64,000 nt of DNA, taken from NCBI GenBank assembly GCA_963812015.1, contig CAWETI010000003.1, forward strand, positions 1,312,001 to 1,376,000. The letters are read 5' to 3'. The notes under the pieces were generated by a model that was given only the letters and a program-made list of their open reading frames with translations, did no database searches and was not told the origin of the DNA. A program made the translations under genes and the position numbers. How positions within the stretch are numbered: the first letter of the stretch is position 1; each line of letters begins with the position of its first letter. This stretch comes from an uncultured delta proteobacterium. Its GTDB lineage: Bacteria > Desulfobacterota > Desulfobaccia > Desulfobaccales > 0-14-0-80-60-11. Shown piece after piece: positions 50,056 to 61,286 of the stretch.

Positions 50056-52754
50056 AACCCTGGCTCTTCCGCATTTCCTTAAGCCACCTGGCCCAATATC
50101 CCGGGCGCACCATCCTGGGAATCCTGGGTATCGCCCTGGGGACGGCGGTCTATCTGAGCATATCTTTGGCCGCGGCCAGCGATTTACAGAGCTTTCAAGC
50201 CGGGGTCCGGGCCGTGGCCGGCCAGGCCCAATGGCGCATCCAGACCCCCGGCGCTTCTCTGGATGAACCCCTGTTCACCAAAGTGCGGCGCCGTCCGGAA
50301 GTCAAGGCCGCGGCGCCCGCAGTGGAATCCGTCCTGGAACTCACCGGCCCCCACCGGGGTCCTGTCCTGCTCCTGGGGATCGATCCCTTCTCGGAGCGGC
50401 CTTTCCGGGATTACGAATTCTCCCAGGCCGCCGGCCTGAGCGACACGGCCTGGAGCGATTTTTTCACCGGACCCGACGCGGTCCTGGTAAGCCGGCGCCT
50501 GGCGTCCCGGTTAGGATTGAAGGTCGGGGACTCGCTGCCGGTGATGGTGGGGCCGCGACGGCAGGCCCTGGGGATCGTCGGCATCTTCACCTCCCGCAAC
50601 GGCCTTTATCCCTTTGACGGCGCGGTGCTGCTCATGGATATCGGCCCGGCCCAGGAACTCCTGGACCGGGTGGGGGGCCTGGACTATATCGACGTGATCG
50701 GGGCCGGGCCCGGGGCCGACGTCCAGAAGGGCCTCCAGGCAGTGGTCCCGCCCGGGGTGGAGGTGGTGCGGCCGGCCGCCCAGGGGAGCCGCACCGAGGG
50801 CCTGGTGGCCTCCTACCGCCTCAACCTGGCGGTATTGAGCGCCATCGCCCTGTTCGTCGGCATGTTCCTCATCTACCAGTCCGTCACCCTGTCGGTGGTG
50901 CGCCGCCGCCGGGAGATCGGTCTCCTCCGGACCCTAGGCATGACCCCAAGACAGGTGCTGCTCCTGTTTCTGGCCGAGGGCCTGGCCAGCGGTTTGGTGG
51001 GCGGTCTCCTGGGCCTCGTCCTGGGCCTGGGCCTGGCCCGGGGCGTGTTAGGGGTGATGACCCAGAACCTCTCTTCCCTCTATATGCCGGTGGTGGCCCA
51101 GGAGGTCGGGGTCCAGGGAGGGCTCTTACTCCAGGCCTGGGGCCTGGCCGTGCTGGCCACGCTCCTGGCGGCCATGCTGCCGGCCCGGGAGGCGGCCCGC
51201 ACCCACCTGAGGGCCGTGTGGCACCGGGAGGAACTGGAAGAAAAAATCGACAGCCGGGCCGGGCTCATCTTCGGGTGGGGGATAATAGCCCTGGTCCTGG
51301 CGGGGGCGGGGGCCGCCTGGAAAATCAACCATGGCCCGCCCTGGCCCGGATTTGCCGCGGCTTTCCTCATTCTTCTGGCCTTCGCCCTTTTCACCCCCCT
51401 GGCCGCCCGTATGCTGGGACAGGGGTTGCAGCCGGCCTTCCGGAAAATCCTGGGCCCCGCTGGTGATTTGGGCTGCCGCTACCTGGCCGGGTCCTTGAGC
51501 CGCAGCGCCGTCTCCATCGCCGCCCTGGCCTGTGCCCTGGGGATGCTCATCGCGGTGACCGTGATGATCGGCTCTTTCCGGCAGACGGTCAATGACTGGG
51601 TGACCCGGGCCATCAGCGGCGATATCTTTTTCGGGCCCGCGGTCTTCTCCACCGCGGCCTATGACCAGTACCTGCCGCCGGAAGTCCTGCCGCAATTGCG
51701 CCGGGACCCGGACGTGGAGGACATCTACCTCTACCGCTGCGTGCGCATCCCCTTTCAGGACCGCTATGTCCTGGTCATCGGCGGCAGCTTCGAGGTCTTG
51801 GCCCGCCACGGCGGCCTCTGGTTCCGCCGGGGGGATACGAAAGAGATTATGATGCAGGTTGGGGGAGGGGGCGAGGGGCTTTTTCGTAAGTTGCCCCTGC
51901 CCCAACGAAAAACTCCCCCAAACCCTCTTTCCCAACCCCCCTACAAAGAAAGTCCCCCTTTGGAAAAGGGGGATTTAGGGGGATTTCATAGGTTAGAACC
52001 GAAAACCAACCCAGGCCTGGTGGTGATTTCCGAGCCCCTGGCCGAGACCTTCCACCTGAAAGAAGGCGGCGTCATTACTCTGCCAACCCCCTCGGGGCCG
52101 CAACCGCTCACCATCGCCGGGGTGTTCTACGACTACCGCACCGACGGCCCCAGCGTCTGGATGGACATCTCCCAATTCCGGCGCTTCTGGCCCGACACCC
52201 ACCTGAACGCCGTGCGTCTCTACCTCAAGGACCCCGCCAGGGTGCCCCAGGTCCAGGAGCGGCTCCAGAAACAATACGGCGACCGCTACCGCCTCCTCAG
52301 CCTGTCCCACCGTGACCTGAGGAACGGCATCCTGAAGATCTTCGACGAGACCTTCGCCTTAACCTACGCCCTGGAAGGGGTGGCGGTGGTGGTGGCCATC
52401 TTCGCCATCATCACCACCTTCCTGGTGCTCATCATGGAGCGTGAGCGGGAACTGGCCCTGCTCCAGGCCCTGGGGGCCTCCCGTCGGCAGATTCTGGGCA
52501 TGGTCCTGGTGGAATCGGGCCTGGCCGGCTTCCTGAGCTTTTTGTTAGGGGCGATGTGTGGTTCAGTCCTGTCTCTGCTGCTGATCTTCGTCATCAACAA
52601 GCAGGCCTTCGGTTGGACCATCCAGCTCCACTGGACCCCGGCCATCTACTGGCAGACCCTGCTCCTGGTCATGTCCCTGAGCCTGGCCGCCGCGGCCTAC
52701 CCCGCCTGGCGGGCCATCAAGCCGCACCTGGCGGCGATTTTGAAGGAAGAGTGA
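50052..52754 (+). CDS. FtsX/MacB-like ABC permease (duplicated)
   Basis: RRREIGLLRTLG and RERELALLQALG motifs; start overlaps the ATPase stop (ATGA). Confidence 0.9.
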   Translation: MKPWLFRISLSHLAQYPGRTILGILGIALGTAVYLSISLAAASDLQSFQAGVRAVAGQAQWRIQTPGASLDEPLFTKVRRRPEVKAAAPAVESVLELTGPHRGPVLLLGIDPFSERPFRDYEFSQAAGLSDTAWSDFFTGPDAVLVSRRLASRLGLKVGDSLPVMVGPRRQALGIVGIFTSRNGLYPFDGAVLLMDIGPAQELLDRVGGLDYIDVIGAGPGADVQKGLQAVVPPGVEVVRPAAQGSRTEGLVASYRLNLAVLSAIALFVGMFLIYQSVTLSVVRRRREIGLLRTLGMTPRQVLLLFLAEGLASGLVGGLLGLVLGLGLARGVLGVMTQNLSSLYMPVVAQEVGVQGGLLLQAWGLAVLATLLAAMLPAREAARTHLRAVWHREELEEKIDSRAGLIFGWGIIALVLAGAGAAWKINHGPPWPGFAAAFLILLAFALFTPLAARMLGQGLQPAFRKILGPAGDLGCRYLAGSLSRSAVSIAALACALGMLIAVTVMIGSFRQTVNDWVTRAISGDIFFGPAVFSTAAYDQYLPPEVLPQLRRDPDVEDIYLYRCVRIPFQDRYVLVIGGSFEVLARHGGLWFRRGDTKEIMMQVGGGGEGLFRKLPLPQRKTPPNPLSQPPYKESPPLEKGDLGGFHRLEPKTNPGLVVISEPLAETFHLKEGGVITLPTPSGPQPLTIAGVFYDYRTDGPSVWMDISQFRRFWPDTHLNAVRLYLKDPARVPQVQERLQKQYGDRYRLLSLSHRDLRNGILKIFDETFALTYALEGVAVVVAIFAIITTFLVLIMERERELALLQALGASRRQILGMVLVESGLAGFLSFLLGAMCGSVLSLLLIFVINKQAFGWTIQLHWTPAIYWQTLLLVMSLSLAAAAYPAWRAIKPHLAAILKEE
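51858..51986. repeat. family A + family B palindromic repeats inside the permease CDS
   Basis: Matches the reverse complement of 3598-3670 and the 63427-63502 / 9028-9103 elements. Confidence 0.8.
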
Positions 52755-52805
52755 TGTTGGATATAAACCCAAAACAAGGGCATCCCCTATAAGTGAAGTT
52801 TTTAG

Positions 52806-54059
52806 ATGATTAATAAAAATATGCAATATCTTGACAGAAGTATAGTTATTTGTGTGATAGTCACGTCAATTATTGTATTTTTTTATAGTTATTTATTTTT
52901 CGGTGCTTGTATATTAGGAATAATATTAGTTATGTTATTTAGATATAAATGGGTTATAGATAATGAAATAAAATTAAAAAGTGCTTTAAAAAATATAACA
53001 GTAAGTGTCGTTACCATTTGCAGTTTAACTGTTTTGGGTGAAATCTGGTTACATGTATATCCGCATCGGTTCACCGGAATTGATGATGTGGATATCGTGG
53101 GAGATTTCAGTGATTACACTTTAAGGCGCTATTTAACTGAAGATATTTTTAAAAATAGATCAGACGTTGTCAGAATATTGGGGTTGGGAGATTCGTTTAG
53201 CGTGAACTTAAAGGATGAGGGGAAAAACTATAACAATTTATTGCAGCAAAAATTTATTAATAGTGGCCAGGGTGACGTGGAGATCGTCAATGCCGGTATG
53301 GAGGCGATTGTCCCCGGATACTACGGTCATATTTTAAATGAATATGGAGATTTATTCAAACCTGATCTGGTCATGGTAAGTTTTTTTGTAGGTAATGATA
53401 TTGAACAATCTGAAAATTCAATTTTCATAGGAAATATTATTTACGAACCTAAGGATTTGTTCAAAAGATATTCAAGATATTATCAATTCAGCCATGTGAG
53501 ATTATACCGGCTGCTCAAGAATCAATATACTCGTTATCGGGAAGAACAACTGAAAAAACAGGAGGCCAAACGCTACCCTCCTCAGCAGGAAGGAAGTTTT
53601 TCTGAGAAAACCTTTTTAGGAATTGAGAGAATGAGAAGTTGGATATTTGATAAGAATAATCGGGAATTGTTACAGAAAGAATGGCGAAAATGTTCTGAGG
53701 TTTTCATGAAAATGCAAGATTGGTGTGACCAGAGAAAGATAAAATTGGTAATAGCCATTCTGCCCGATCAATTCCAGGTGGACCAAGAAATAAGAGAAGC
53801 GGTTTTAACTAGATATAAAAATATTGAAGAGAACAATATGGATCTGAGCCAGCCTAATAATCTCATCGTGAATTTTTGCCGGGCCCATCATATAAATTGC
53901 CTGGACATGTTGCGGAATTTCCAAGAAAAGGCCAAAAATGAGCGATTGTATACCTTGAGAGATACGCATTGGAATGAAGCGGGCAACCGGTTGGCGGCCG
54001 ACTTGATATTCGAGTATCTTGAAGAAAATCAATTACTACCGCCCCGGCCTCTACAATAG
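52806..54059 (+). CDS. AT-rich membrane-anchored SGNH hydrolase / AlgX-AlgJ-like protein
   Basis: LGDSF, NAG, GND, DTHWNEAGN. Confidence 0.8.
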   Translation: MINKNMQYLDRSIVICVIVTSIIVFFYSYLFFGACILGIILVMLFRYKWVIDNEIKLKSALKNITVSVVTICSLTVLGEIWLHVYPHRFTGIDDVDIVGDFSDYTLRRYLTEDIFKNRSDVVRILGLGDSFSVNLKDEGKNYNNLLQQKFINSGQGDVEIVNAGMEAIVPGYYGHILNEYGDLFKPDLVMVSFFVGNDIEQSENSIFIGNIIYEPKDLFKRYSRYYQFSHVRLYRLLKNQYTRYREEQLKKQEAKRYPPQQEGSFSEKTFLGIERMRSWIFDKNNRELLQKEWRKCSEVFMKMQDWCDQRKIKLVIAILPDQFQVDQEIREAVLTRYKNIEENNMDLSQPNNLIVNFCRAHHINCLDMLRNFQEKAKNERLYTLRDTHWNEAGNRLAADLIFEYLEENQLLPPRPLQ

Positions 54060-54248
54060 ATCAAAGGTTGATCCGGCTTTTGTCTTCGAGCATCCCTCTC
54101 CTGGTCAGGTGCGTTAGGCATCGTGCCCTCCGGTAAACCAGGGTGACCTTTATCAGGGACAAAAGTCCAGGGCCTACGACCGAGCGGCTCAAGCAAGGGA
54201 TGATTCACGTCTCGTGACAAAGGCCATTCTCAATGATATGCTTAAAAA

Positions 54249-55031
54249 ATGTTAAAGCGCACTTTCATTCATCTCCCCGGGGTGGGGCCCCGCTTCGAGA
54301 CGCATTTCTGGCGCCAAGGGGTGGCCACCTGGGAAGATTTTCTCGCCGCCAAGCGGCTCCGGGGCCTGTCCCGGCAACGCCTCGGTCTGCTTCAAGGTGA
54401 GCTGCAGGGGTCTCTTGTGCACGTGGAAGACCCCGCTTATTTCGCCGAGCGGTTGCCGGCCGGGGAGCATTGGCGCCTCTTTAACCACCTCCGGCCCCGG
54501 GTCGGCTATCTGGACATCGAGACCACCGGCACAGTTTGGCCGGGCCTCCTGGTCACCGTGGTGGGCCTCTACGACGGCCACAACATGCGCCAGTTCGTTC
54601 AGGGTTTTAACCTGCAAGAATTTCCCTCGGTCCTGTCGGAGTTCGACCTCCTGGTCACCTTCAACGGCACCCAGTTCGACCTACCGGTGCTCAAGGCCTA
54701 CTTCCCCGAGTTAAGTCTGCCGCCGGCCCACGTGGACCTGCGCTTTCTCATGGCCCGCCTGGGCTTCAAGGGGGGGCTGAAGAAGATCGAGCCCCTCTTC
54801 GGCATCCGCCGCCCCAAGGCCGTGAACGGCATGGACGGCTATATGGCGGTCCTCCTGTGGCAGCGCTACCAGCGGGGGGATAAAGGAGCCCTATATCTGC
54901 TCCTGAGCTACAACCGGGAGGACGTGGTCAACCTGGAAGTGCTCATGGACGCGGCCTTCCGCATGGAGCGGGAGCGGCTCTTTCCCACCCGCCCCGGGGA
55001 GACCGGCCTGCGCCAGGCGGCCCGGCCCTGA
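54249..55031 (+). CDS. YprB-like RNase H-fold (DEDD) exonuclease
   Basis: LDIETTG, TFNG..FDLP, GGLK.IE, YNREDV. Confidence 0.85.
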   Translation: MLKRTFIHLPGVGPRFETHFWRQGVATWEDFLAAKRLRGLSRQRLGLLQGELQGSLVHVEDPAYFAERLPAGEHWRLFNHLRPRVGYLDIETTGTVWPGLLVTVVGLYDGHNMRQFVQGFNLQEFPSVLSEFDLLVTFNGTQFDLPVLKAYFPELSLPPAHVDLRFLMARLGFKGGLKKIEPLFGIRRPKAVNGMDGYMAVLLWQRYQRGDKGALYLLLSYNREDVVNLEVLMDAAFRMERERLFPTRPGETGLRQAARP

Positions 55032-55057
55032 CCGACAGTCTGTTTGAGAAAAGGAAT

Positions 55058-55161
55058 GGCGGGCAGTGCCCGCCCTACACTCTGCAAATACCTTGATGGC
55101 GGGCACGGAGGCCCTCCCCACCGGGAAAGAGTTGGTGGGGCGGCCGTCCCTGGCCGCCGCC
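55058..55161. repeat. cluster of REP-like palindromes
   Basis: GGCGGGCAGTGCCCGCCCTAC, GGCGGGCACGGAGGCCC.CCCCAC, GTGGGGCGGCC..GGCCGCC. Confidence 0.7.
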
Positions 55162-55428
55162 AAATTCGCCGCATCGCCCTTGCTTAGCCGCGGTCATCAC
55201 TGAAACCCAATAGTTCAACAGCATCCGCCCCAGTCTCCCGGCAACCACCGCAGATATCGACTAACCAATTCCCATCAAACCAGTGACACGGGCGTCAGGC
55301 CAGAGCAGGTGCCGCCTGAATTTCGTAGCTATAACGAGGGCGCCCTGGCCGCTGGAAATGCAAATGGGGTTGTGGCGAAGATAGTTCGTATCGTAAAATG
55401 AATGTGATAAAATAACCCCGGGGGAAAT

Positions 55429-57144
55429 ATGCTCTTTTCGCGACTGCTAATACCGACTTTGAAAGAAAACCCGGCGGAGGCCGAGGCGGTCTCCCACCGC
55501 CTGCTGCTCCGGGCCGGGATGATCCGCAAACTGGCCTCCGGGATTTATAACTATCTGCCCCTGGGCCTCAGGGCGCTTCGCAAGGTGGAGCGCATCGTCC
55601 GGGAGGAGATGGACCGGGCCGGGGCCTTGGAGGTCTTGCTGCCGGCGGTGCAGCCGGCGGAGCTGTGGCAGGAGTCCGGCCGTTGGCAGGTTTACGGCAA
55701 GGAACTGCTGCGCTTCCAGGATCGCCACGGCCGGGACTGCTGTTTCGGGCCCACCCATGAGGAAGTGATCACCGACCTGGTGCGCAAAGAAGTGCATTCC
55801 TACCGGCAACTGCCTCTCAACCTCTACCAGATCCAGGTGAAGTTTCGCGATGAAATCCGGCCCCGCTTCGGCTTGATCCGGGGGCGGGAATTCATCATGA
55901 AGGACGCCTACAGTTTTGACGCGGATGAGGCCGGGGCCGAAGCCTGTTACGGGCGGATGTACGACGCCTACAACCGCATCTTCAGCCGCTGCGGCCTCAA
56001 CTTCAAGGTGGTGGAGGCGGATTCCGGCCCCATCGGCGGCAGCTTTTCCCATGAATTCATGGTCCTGGCGGACACGGGGGAAGATCTGTTAGCCTCGTGC
56101 ACCAGTTGCGACTATGCCGCCAACCTGGAGAAGGCCGGGGTGGCCCCGGAGCCGGGCTCGCCCGGTCCTGCGGTGGGGGGCGCCCCGGAGCCGGTGCTCA
56201 CTCCCAACGTGCGCACCGTCGAGGAAGTGGCGGCGTTTTTAAAGGTGACCCCCCAGGAAATCGTCAAGACCCTGATCTATGAGACGGACAACGGGCCGGT
56301 GGCGGTCCTGATCCGGGGGGACCACGAAGTCAACGAAGTTAAGGTGAAAAACCTCCTGGGGGTCGCCGACCTGATTCTGGCCGGACTCATCCGGGTCCAG
56401 GAGCTCACCGGGGCCGAAGTGGGCTTCGCCGGGCCGGTGGGCTTGAAGCTCCCCATCTACGCCGACCAGGCGGTGGCCCGGATGTCCGCCATGGTCACCG
56501 GGGCCAACCGGGACAACTATCACCTCAAGAACGTCCATCCCGGCCGGGACTTGAAGATCACCGAAGTGGCGGATCTCCGGTCGATATGCGCACAAGATCC
56601 CTGCCCCCGGTGCCGGGGGGCGCTGACGCTCCTCCGGGGCATCGAGGTGGGGCACATCTTCAAGCTGGGCCTCAAGTACTCCAAGGCCCTGAAGGCCACC
56701 TACCTGGACGCCGACGGCAAGGAGCAATATCTTTACATGGGCTGCTACGGCATCGGGGTGAGCCGCATCGTGGCCGCGGCCATCGAACAGGGGCACGACG
56801 ACAACGGCATCATCTTTCCCATGGCCCTGGCCCCCTTCCAGGTGGGCCTCATCCCCATCGCGGTCAATGACCCGGCGGTGTGGGGCTGCGTCGAACAACT
56901 CCACGCCGATCTCGAAGCCGCCGGGGTGGAAGTGCTGCTGGATGACCGGGACGAGCGCCCGGGCGTAAAGTTCAAGGACTGCGATCTGTTGGGGCTGCCC
57001 CTCAGGGTGGTGGTGGGGGCCAAGGCCCTGGCCCAGGGCAATGCGGAAGTGCGCCACCGGCGCGCCCCGAACAACGTCATGGTCCCCCTCCAGGACCTGA
57101 TTCCCTACCTCAAGGATCACATCGCTCAGGAGCAGCATGGCTAA
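55429..57144 (+). CDS. proS: proline--tRNA ligase (with editing domain)
   Basis: [39 protein letters not shown]. Confidence 0.97.
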   Translation: MLFSRLLIPTLKENPAEAEAVSHRLLLRAGMIRKLASGIYNYLPLGLRALRKVERIVREEMDRAGALEVLLPAVQPAELWQESGRWQVYGKELLRFQDRHGRDCCFGPTHEEVITDLVRKEVHSYRQLPLNLYQIQVKFRDEIRPRFGLIRGREFIMKDAYSFDADEAGAEACYGRMYDAYNRIFSRCGLNFKVVEADSGPIGGSFSHEFMVLADTGEDLLASCTSCDYAANLEKAGVAPEPGSPGPAVGGAPEPVLTPNVRTVEEVAAFLKVTPQEIVKTLIYETDNGPVAVLIRGDHEVNEVKVKNLLGVADLILAGLIRVQELTGAEVGFAGPVGLKLPIYADQAVARMSAMVTGANRDNYHLKNVHPGRDLKITEVADLRSICAQDPCPRCRGALTLLRGIEVGHIFKLGLKYSKALKATYLDADGKEQYLYMGCYGIGVSRIVAAAIEQGHDDNGIIFPMALAPFQVGLIPIAVNDPAVWGCVEQLHADLEAAGVEVLLDDRDERPGVKFKDCDLLGLPLRVVVGAKALAQGNAEVRHRRAPNNVMVPLQDLIPYLKDHIAQEQHG

Positions 57145-59296
57145 CCGGATCATCCGCCTCCAGGACATCGTGGAGGAGGTGCTGACACATCACCCGGAGT
57201 CGGATACCAGCCTCATCGAGAAGGCCTACATCTTCTCGGCCAAGGCCCATGAGGGACAGTTGCGCCTGAGCGGCGAACCTTACCTGTCCCACCCCCTGGA
57301 AGTGGCCTATCTCCTGGCCAAGATGGGCCTGGGGCCCGTCACCGTCTCCTCCGGCCTGCTCCACGACACGGTGGAGGACTCCGCCGCCTCCCTGGACGAT
57401 TTGGAAGAATACTTCGGCGAGGAAGTGGCGGATGTCGTCAACGGGGTCACCAAGATCGGCCAACTGGTCTTCGGCGACCGGCAAACCCAGCAGGCGGAAT
57501 ATATCCGCAAGATGATCCTGTCCATGTCCCATGACATCCGGGTTCTGCTGGTGAAGCTGGCCGACCGGGCGCACAACATGCGGACCCTGGAGTTCATGGA
57601 GCCCGCCAAACAGAAGCGCATCGCCCGGGAGACCCTGGATATCTATGCCCCCCTGGCCGGTCGTCTGGGCATGTTCCGCCTCAAGGCCGAGCTGGAAGAC
57701 CTGTCTTTTTATTATCTGGAGTCGGAGGCATATCAGCAGATCCAGGAAGGTTTGTCCCGGAAAAAGGGGGTTCTGGAGAAATACAACCAGGAGATGTGCC
57801 AGTACCTCCGGGACCAACTGGAAGAGCATCACATCAAGGGAGAAGTGAGCGGACGGGTAAAAAATCTCTACAGTATCTACCGCAAGCTCCAGGCCCAGCA
57901 GATCACCCTGGACGAACTCTATGACCTCCTGGCTTTTCGCATTATCGTGGACAATCTGCATGACTGTTATGAAACCCTGGGGGTGATCCACAACCTGTTT
58001 CGGCCGGTGCCGGGACGCCTCAAAGATTATATCGGCATGCCCAAGGGCAACATGTACCAGTCCATTCACACCACGGTCATCGGCCAGGGGGGCGAACGCC
58101 TGGAAATCCAGATCCGCACCCGGGAGATGCACCGGGTGGCCGAAGAAGGGATTGCGGCCCACTGGAGCTACAAGGAGCGGCGGGCTTTCCACGAAAAGGA
58201 CGCGGAGCGCTTTTCCTGGCTCAAGCAGATGGTGGACCTCCAGAAGGAGTTGAAGAGTCCCCAGGAACTCCTGGAAGGGGTGCGCCTGGAGCTCTACCCG
58301 GACGAGGTCTACGTCTTTACCCCCACCGGCGACGTCAAGGAATTGCCCCGGGGCGCCACGGTGGTGGATTTCGCCTACGCCATCCACTCGGAAGTGGGCA
58401 ATCGCTGTACCGGCGCCAAGGTCAACGGCCGCATGGTGCCGCTGCGCACGGAACTCTCGAACGGCGACACGCTGGAGATCATTACCTCGCCCCACCACCA
58501 TCCCAGCCGGGACTGGCTCCAATTCGTCAAGACCACCAAGGCCCGCCACAAGATACGCCAATGGCTCAAGGTGGCGGAGCGGGAGCAGTCCGTGGCCCTG
58601 GGCAAGGAGCTGCTGGAGCGGGAGTTGCGCAAATCTGGAACCAGCCTGCAGAGGCTGTTGAAGGACGGAGACGACCTCAAACAGGTGATCCAGGATTTGT
58701 CCTTTGTGGGGGTGGACGACCTCCTGGCGGCCATCGGGCACGGCAAGGTGTCCCCCGGGCAGGTGACCGGCCGGTTGTCTCGGCTGAACGCCCCGGCGGT
58801 GGAGGAGGAGGTCCCCCCCGAGCTGCCGGCGAAACGGGCCAAGGAAGAACCCGCCGGCCTCAAGGTCAAGGACCTGGATGATCTTTTGTTGCGCCTGGCC
58901 AACTGCTGCCAGCCCATCCCCGGGGACGCCATCATGGGCTACATTACCCGGGGCAAAGGGGTGACCATCCACCGGGCCGACTGTCCTTACCTGGCCAGCA
59001 CCGAGACCTTCCGCCACATCCCGGCGGAGTGGGACGGGGCCGGCGGGCCCCAGAAGCTCTATCCGGTTAAAATCCAGGTGGTGACGGTGGATAAGCCCGG
59101 TTTGCTGGCGGATATCACCAGCGCCTTGAAGATCGCCGAAGTCAATGTCACCAAGGCCTCGGTGGAGACCACGGCGGAAAATAAGGGGGTTGCCCAGTTC
59201 ACCATTCAGGTGGCGGACCAGCAGCACCTGGAAAAGGTTTTCGGGGCCCTCAAACGCTTAAAAGAAGTGATTTCGGTGCGGCGGCTGACGGGATGA
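57137..59296 (+). CDS. bifunctional (p)ppGpp synthetase/hydrolase (RelA/SpoT)
   Basis: HDTVED, KLADR.HNMRTL, YQSIHT, EIQIRT, TGS and ACT domains. Confidence 0.96.
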   Translation: MANRIIRLQDIVEEVLTHHPESDTSLIEKAYIFSAKAHEGQLRLSGEPYLSHPLEVAYLLAKMGLGPVTVSSGLLHDTVEDSAASLDDLEEYFGEEVADVVNGVTKIGQLVFGDRQTQQAEYIRKMILSMSHDIRVLLVKLADRAHNMRTLEFMEPAKQKRIARETLDIYAPLAGRLGMFRLKAELEDLSFYYLESEAYQQIQEGLSRKKGVLEKYNQEMCQYLRDQLEEHHIKGEVSGRVKNLYSIYRKLQAQQITLDELYDLLAFRIIVDNLHDCYETLGVIHNLFRPVPGRLKDYIGMPKGNMYQSIHTTVIGQGGERLEIQIRTREMHRVAEEGIAAHWSYKERRAFHEKDAERFSWLKQMVDLQKELKSPQELLEGVRLELYPDEVYVFTPTGDVKELPRGATVVDFAYAIHSEVGNRCTGAKVNGRMVPLRTELSNGDTLEIITSPHHHPSRDWLQFVKTTKARHKIRQWLKVAEREQSVALGKELLERELRKSGTSLQRLLKDGDDLKQVIQDLSFVGVDDLLAAIGHGKVSPGQVTGRLSRLNAPAVEEEVPPELPAKRAKEEPAGLKVKDLDDLLLRLANCCQPIPGDAIMGYITRGKGVTIHRADCPYLASTETFRHIPAEWDGAGGPQKLYPVKIQVVTVDKPGLLADITSALKIAEVNVTKASVETTAENKGVAQFTIQVADQQHLEKVFGALKRLKEVISVRRLTG

Positions 59297-59390
59297 AAAA
59301 AGGGCGAGAAGGTTAAAAGGTCAAAAGGCGAAAAGGGGAGCTATTATTCTCTTTCCCTTTTCGCCCTTTCGCCTTTTTCCCTTTTCCCCC
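59297..59390. repeat. inverted octamer repeat array between convergent genes (possible bidirectional terminator)
   Basis: AAAAGGGCGA/AAAAGGTC.. followed by CCCTTTTC/GCCTTTTT.. Confidence 0.65.
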
Positions 59391-59438
59391 CGCCCGGAAG
59401 AGGCTTAAGAATTTTATTTAGGGAAGACATCGGACTGC

Positions 59439-59630
59439 TCAGGCCGGTTTAACCACCTTCCCGGAACGCAAGCACCGGGTGCACACCTGCATGTAGCTGA
59501 CGGACCCCTGGCTCAAGGCCCGGACCCGGCGCAGATTTGGCTTCCAGCGGCGCTTGGTGTGGTTGTTGGCATGGCTGACGTTGTTGCCCACCTGGGGGCG
59601 TTTACCGCAAATCTCACAGACATAGGACAT
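59439..59630 (-). CDS. rpmB: 50S ribosomal protein L28
   Basis: [22 protein letters not shown]...CTRC. Confidence 0.97.
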   Translation of the reverse strand: MSYVCEICGKRPQVGNNVSHANNHTKRRWKPNLRRVRALSQGSVSYMQVCTRCLRSGKVVKPA

Positions 59631-59692
59631 GACACATCCTCCTCAAACTTTTTAAGTTTATAAAAATTTTCAGGGGAAGCAAGAGAAAAAGG

Positions 59693-60622
59693 ATGAAAAT
59701 TTCCTGGATGAGGCATTTAGGGGGTGTGGTCCTGGCGCTGCTGCTCTTCTCAGGACTGCCGGGGGTGGCGGCCCAGGCCCGGAGCCTGGACTCCCGGGAA
59801 GAGGCGGCCCTATTCTCCCTGGCCGACCTGGGGCCGGTGGACCTCTCCCCCAAGACGGTGACCGTGGAACTCTATGTCGCCCCGGATGAGGAGTTGGCCG
59901 AATGCCGCCGCATGCTGGCCCAGGTTTGGGAGCAAGTGTGGCAATTCTATGCCGGGATGGGGGTAAATCTGGAGGAGGTGGCCGGACAATCCCAGCCCGG
60001 GTCCCTGGCTCCGGCCAAACGCCTCCGGATCGAGATACTCGCCGACCGGCAGTGGCTGAACCAGAGCTTCAAGGCCTTCGACGTGGCGCCGCCTTTTCAA
60101 CTACGCTTCCTCCAGGTCTGCCTGGACAAGTGCGCCTTCGCCCACATGAACCTATCCACCGTCCACATCTCGTTCAAACGTTTTAAGAAGGCCGAATTTT
60201 CCACCGATACCAAGGACTCCAGCCTCAACCGGCACTGGCTGGCCAACCTGCTGATCCACGAACTGGGTCATCTGATGGGCCTCTACCATTCCTTCGAGTT
60301 CACCAACGACCCGGTGGCCAATGAGGTCAAGGCCACCAAGGTCCCGAACTTCATGAGCCACGACATCGCCTTCAAAACCTCCCTGGGGTTCGTGGATTTC
60401 CAGAAACGCCTGATCCACAGTTATCTGGGCGGGGGCCGGGTATTTCAGCAATACCGGCAGGTGGACTTCGATCCGTTGCGCTACCTGGAGATGATGAAAC
60501 GCTACAACGGCTTTAAGGAAACCCAACCCACCAAAACCGCCACGGCCGGCAAGATCTCCCTTCGGGTGAAATCAGACCGCATCAAGACCTTTGACGACTA
60601 CGATGAGGATGATGAGGATTAA
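59693..60622 (+). CDS. secreted metzincin-like zinc metallopeptidase
   Basis: Signal peptide, HELGHLMGLYH (HExxHxxGxxH), downstream NFMS Met-turn. Confidence 0.75.
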   Translation: MKISWMRHLGGVVLALLLFSGLPGVAAQARSLDSREEAALFSLADLGPVDLSPKTVTVELYVAPDEELAECRRMLAQVWEQVWQFYAGMGVNLEEVAGQSQPGSLAPAKRLRIEILADRQWLNQSFKAFDVAPPFQLRFLQVCLDKCAFAHMNLSTVHISFKRFKKAEFSTDTKDSSLNRHWLANLLIHELGHLMGLYHSFEFTNDPVANEVKATKVPNFMSHDIAFKTSLGFVDFQKRLIHSYLGGGRVFQQYRQVDFDPLRYLEMMKRYNGFKETQPTKTATAGKISLRVKSDRIKTFDDYDEDDED

Positions 60623-60645
60623 AAGCAGGGGGCAGGGGCCAGGGG

Positions 60646-60783
60646 TCAGGGACCAGGTGGTAGGGCGGGCGTTCCCGCCCGCCACATTCAGTGCACAGGC
60701 TGGAAAGCGTGTGCCACCAATAGAAAACAGAAAATGTAGGGTGGGCATTGCCCGCCTTTTAAGCGGTTGGGCCGTGCCCACCC
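60646..60783. repeat. heptamer run plus GTAG-type REP elements
   Basis: CAGGGGCCAGGGGTCAGGGACCAG; GTAGGGCGGGC..CCCGCC; GTAGGGTGGGCA..GCCC; GTGCCCACCC. Confidence 0.7.
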
Positions 60784-60825
60784 CACACAAGCTACAGAGC
60801 CTGAATCCCATCGGGAGGTAGGAAC

Positions 60826-61221
60826 ATGTTAGGGAAAAAAATCCTGGCCGGCCTCTTCGCCGGGCTCACCCTGATCAAGCTGGCATTTTTGCTGATCAGT
60901 CCGGGGACCTGGCTGGGAGCGACGCAAGCCTTCCTGGGGCATGCCGCCGTCGTGGTGGCTATTTACCTGGCGTTGCTGGTCATCACCGGCTATTTCGTCT
61001 TCACCAGCCTCGATCTCATCGATGTGGCCGTGGTAATTTTGTTCACCTCCTTGCTGATGGGCCTCACCCTCATGCCCTATGAGGGCTCGCTGCTGAAGGT
61101 GGGACAAGAAATCGGCACCACTGGCCTTAGCAAGGCCTGGCCGGCTCTGATAATTTGGGTAGCCATCGCGGTGACGGTGCTGTATCGGATTTTTGCAAAC
61201 AAGAAGGGACAGAAGGGATAG
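60826..61221 (+). CDS. hypothetical 4-TM membrane protein
   Basis: GGAGG RBS; four hydrophobic segments. Confidence 0.7.
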   Translation: MLGKKILAGLFAGLTLIKLAFLLISPGTWLGATQAFLGHAAVVVAIYLALLVITGYFVFTSLDLIDVAVVILFTSLLMGLTLMPYEGSLLKVGQEIGTTGLSKAWPALIIWVAIAVTVLYRIFANKKGQKG

Positions 61222-61244
61222 AGGGCGGCCTGGCCCGCCTTTTT
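61222..61244 (+). terminator. intrinsic terminator
   Basis: GGGCGG-loop-CCGCCT followed by a T-run. Confidence 0.5.
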
Positions 61245-61286
61245 AAGTGGTGCGCGGTGCCTGAACTACATGCCTAAAATGGTTTG

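Noticed and set aside
54132..54195. GGTAAACC-AGG-GTGA-CCT...GGGACAAAAG..GGGCCTA resembling a c-di-GMP-I riboswitch
   Set aside because: An insertion breaks P2 and the 3' P1-closing strand is missing; not supportable without a covariance-model search
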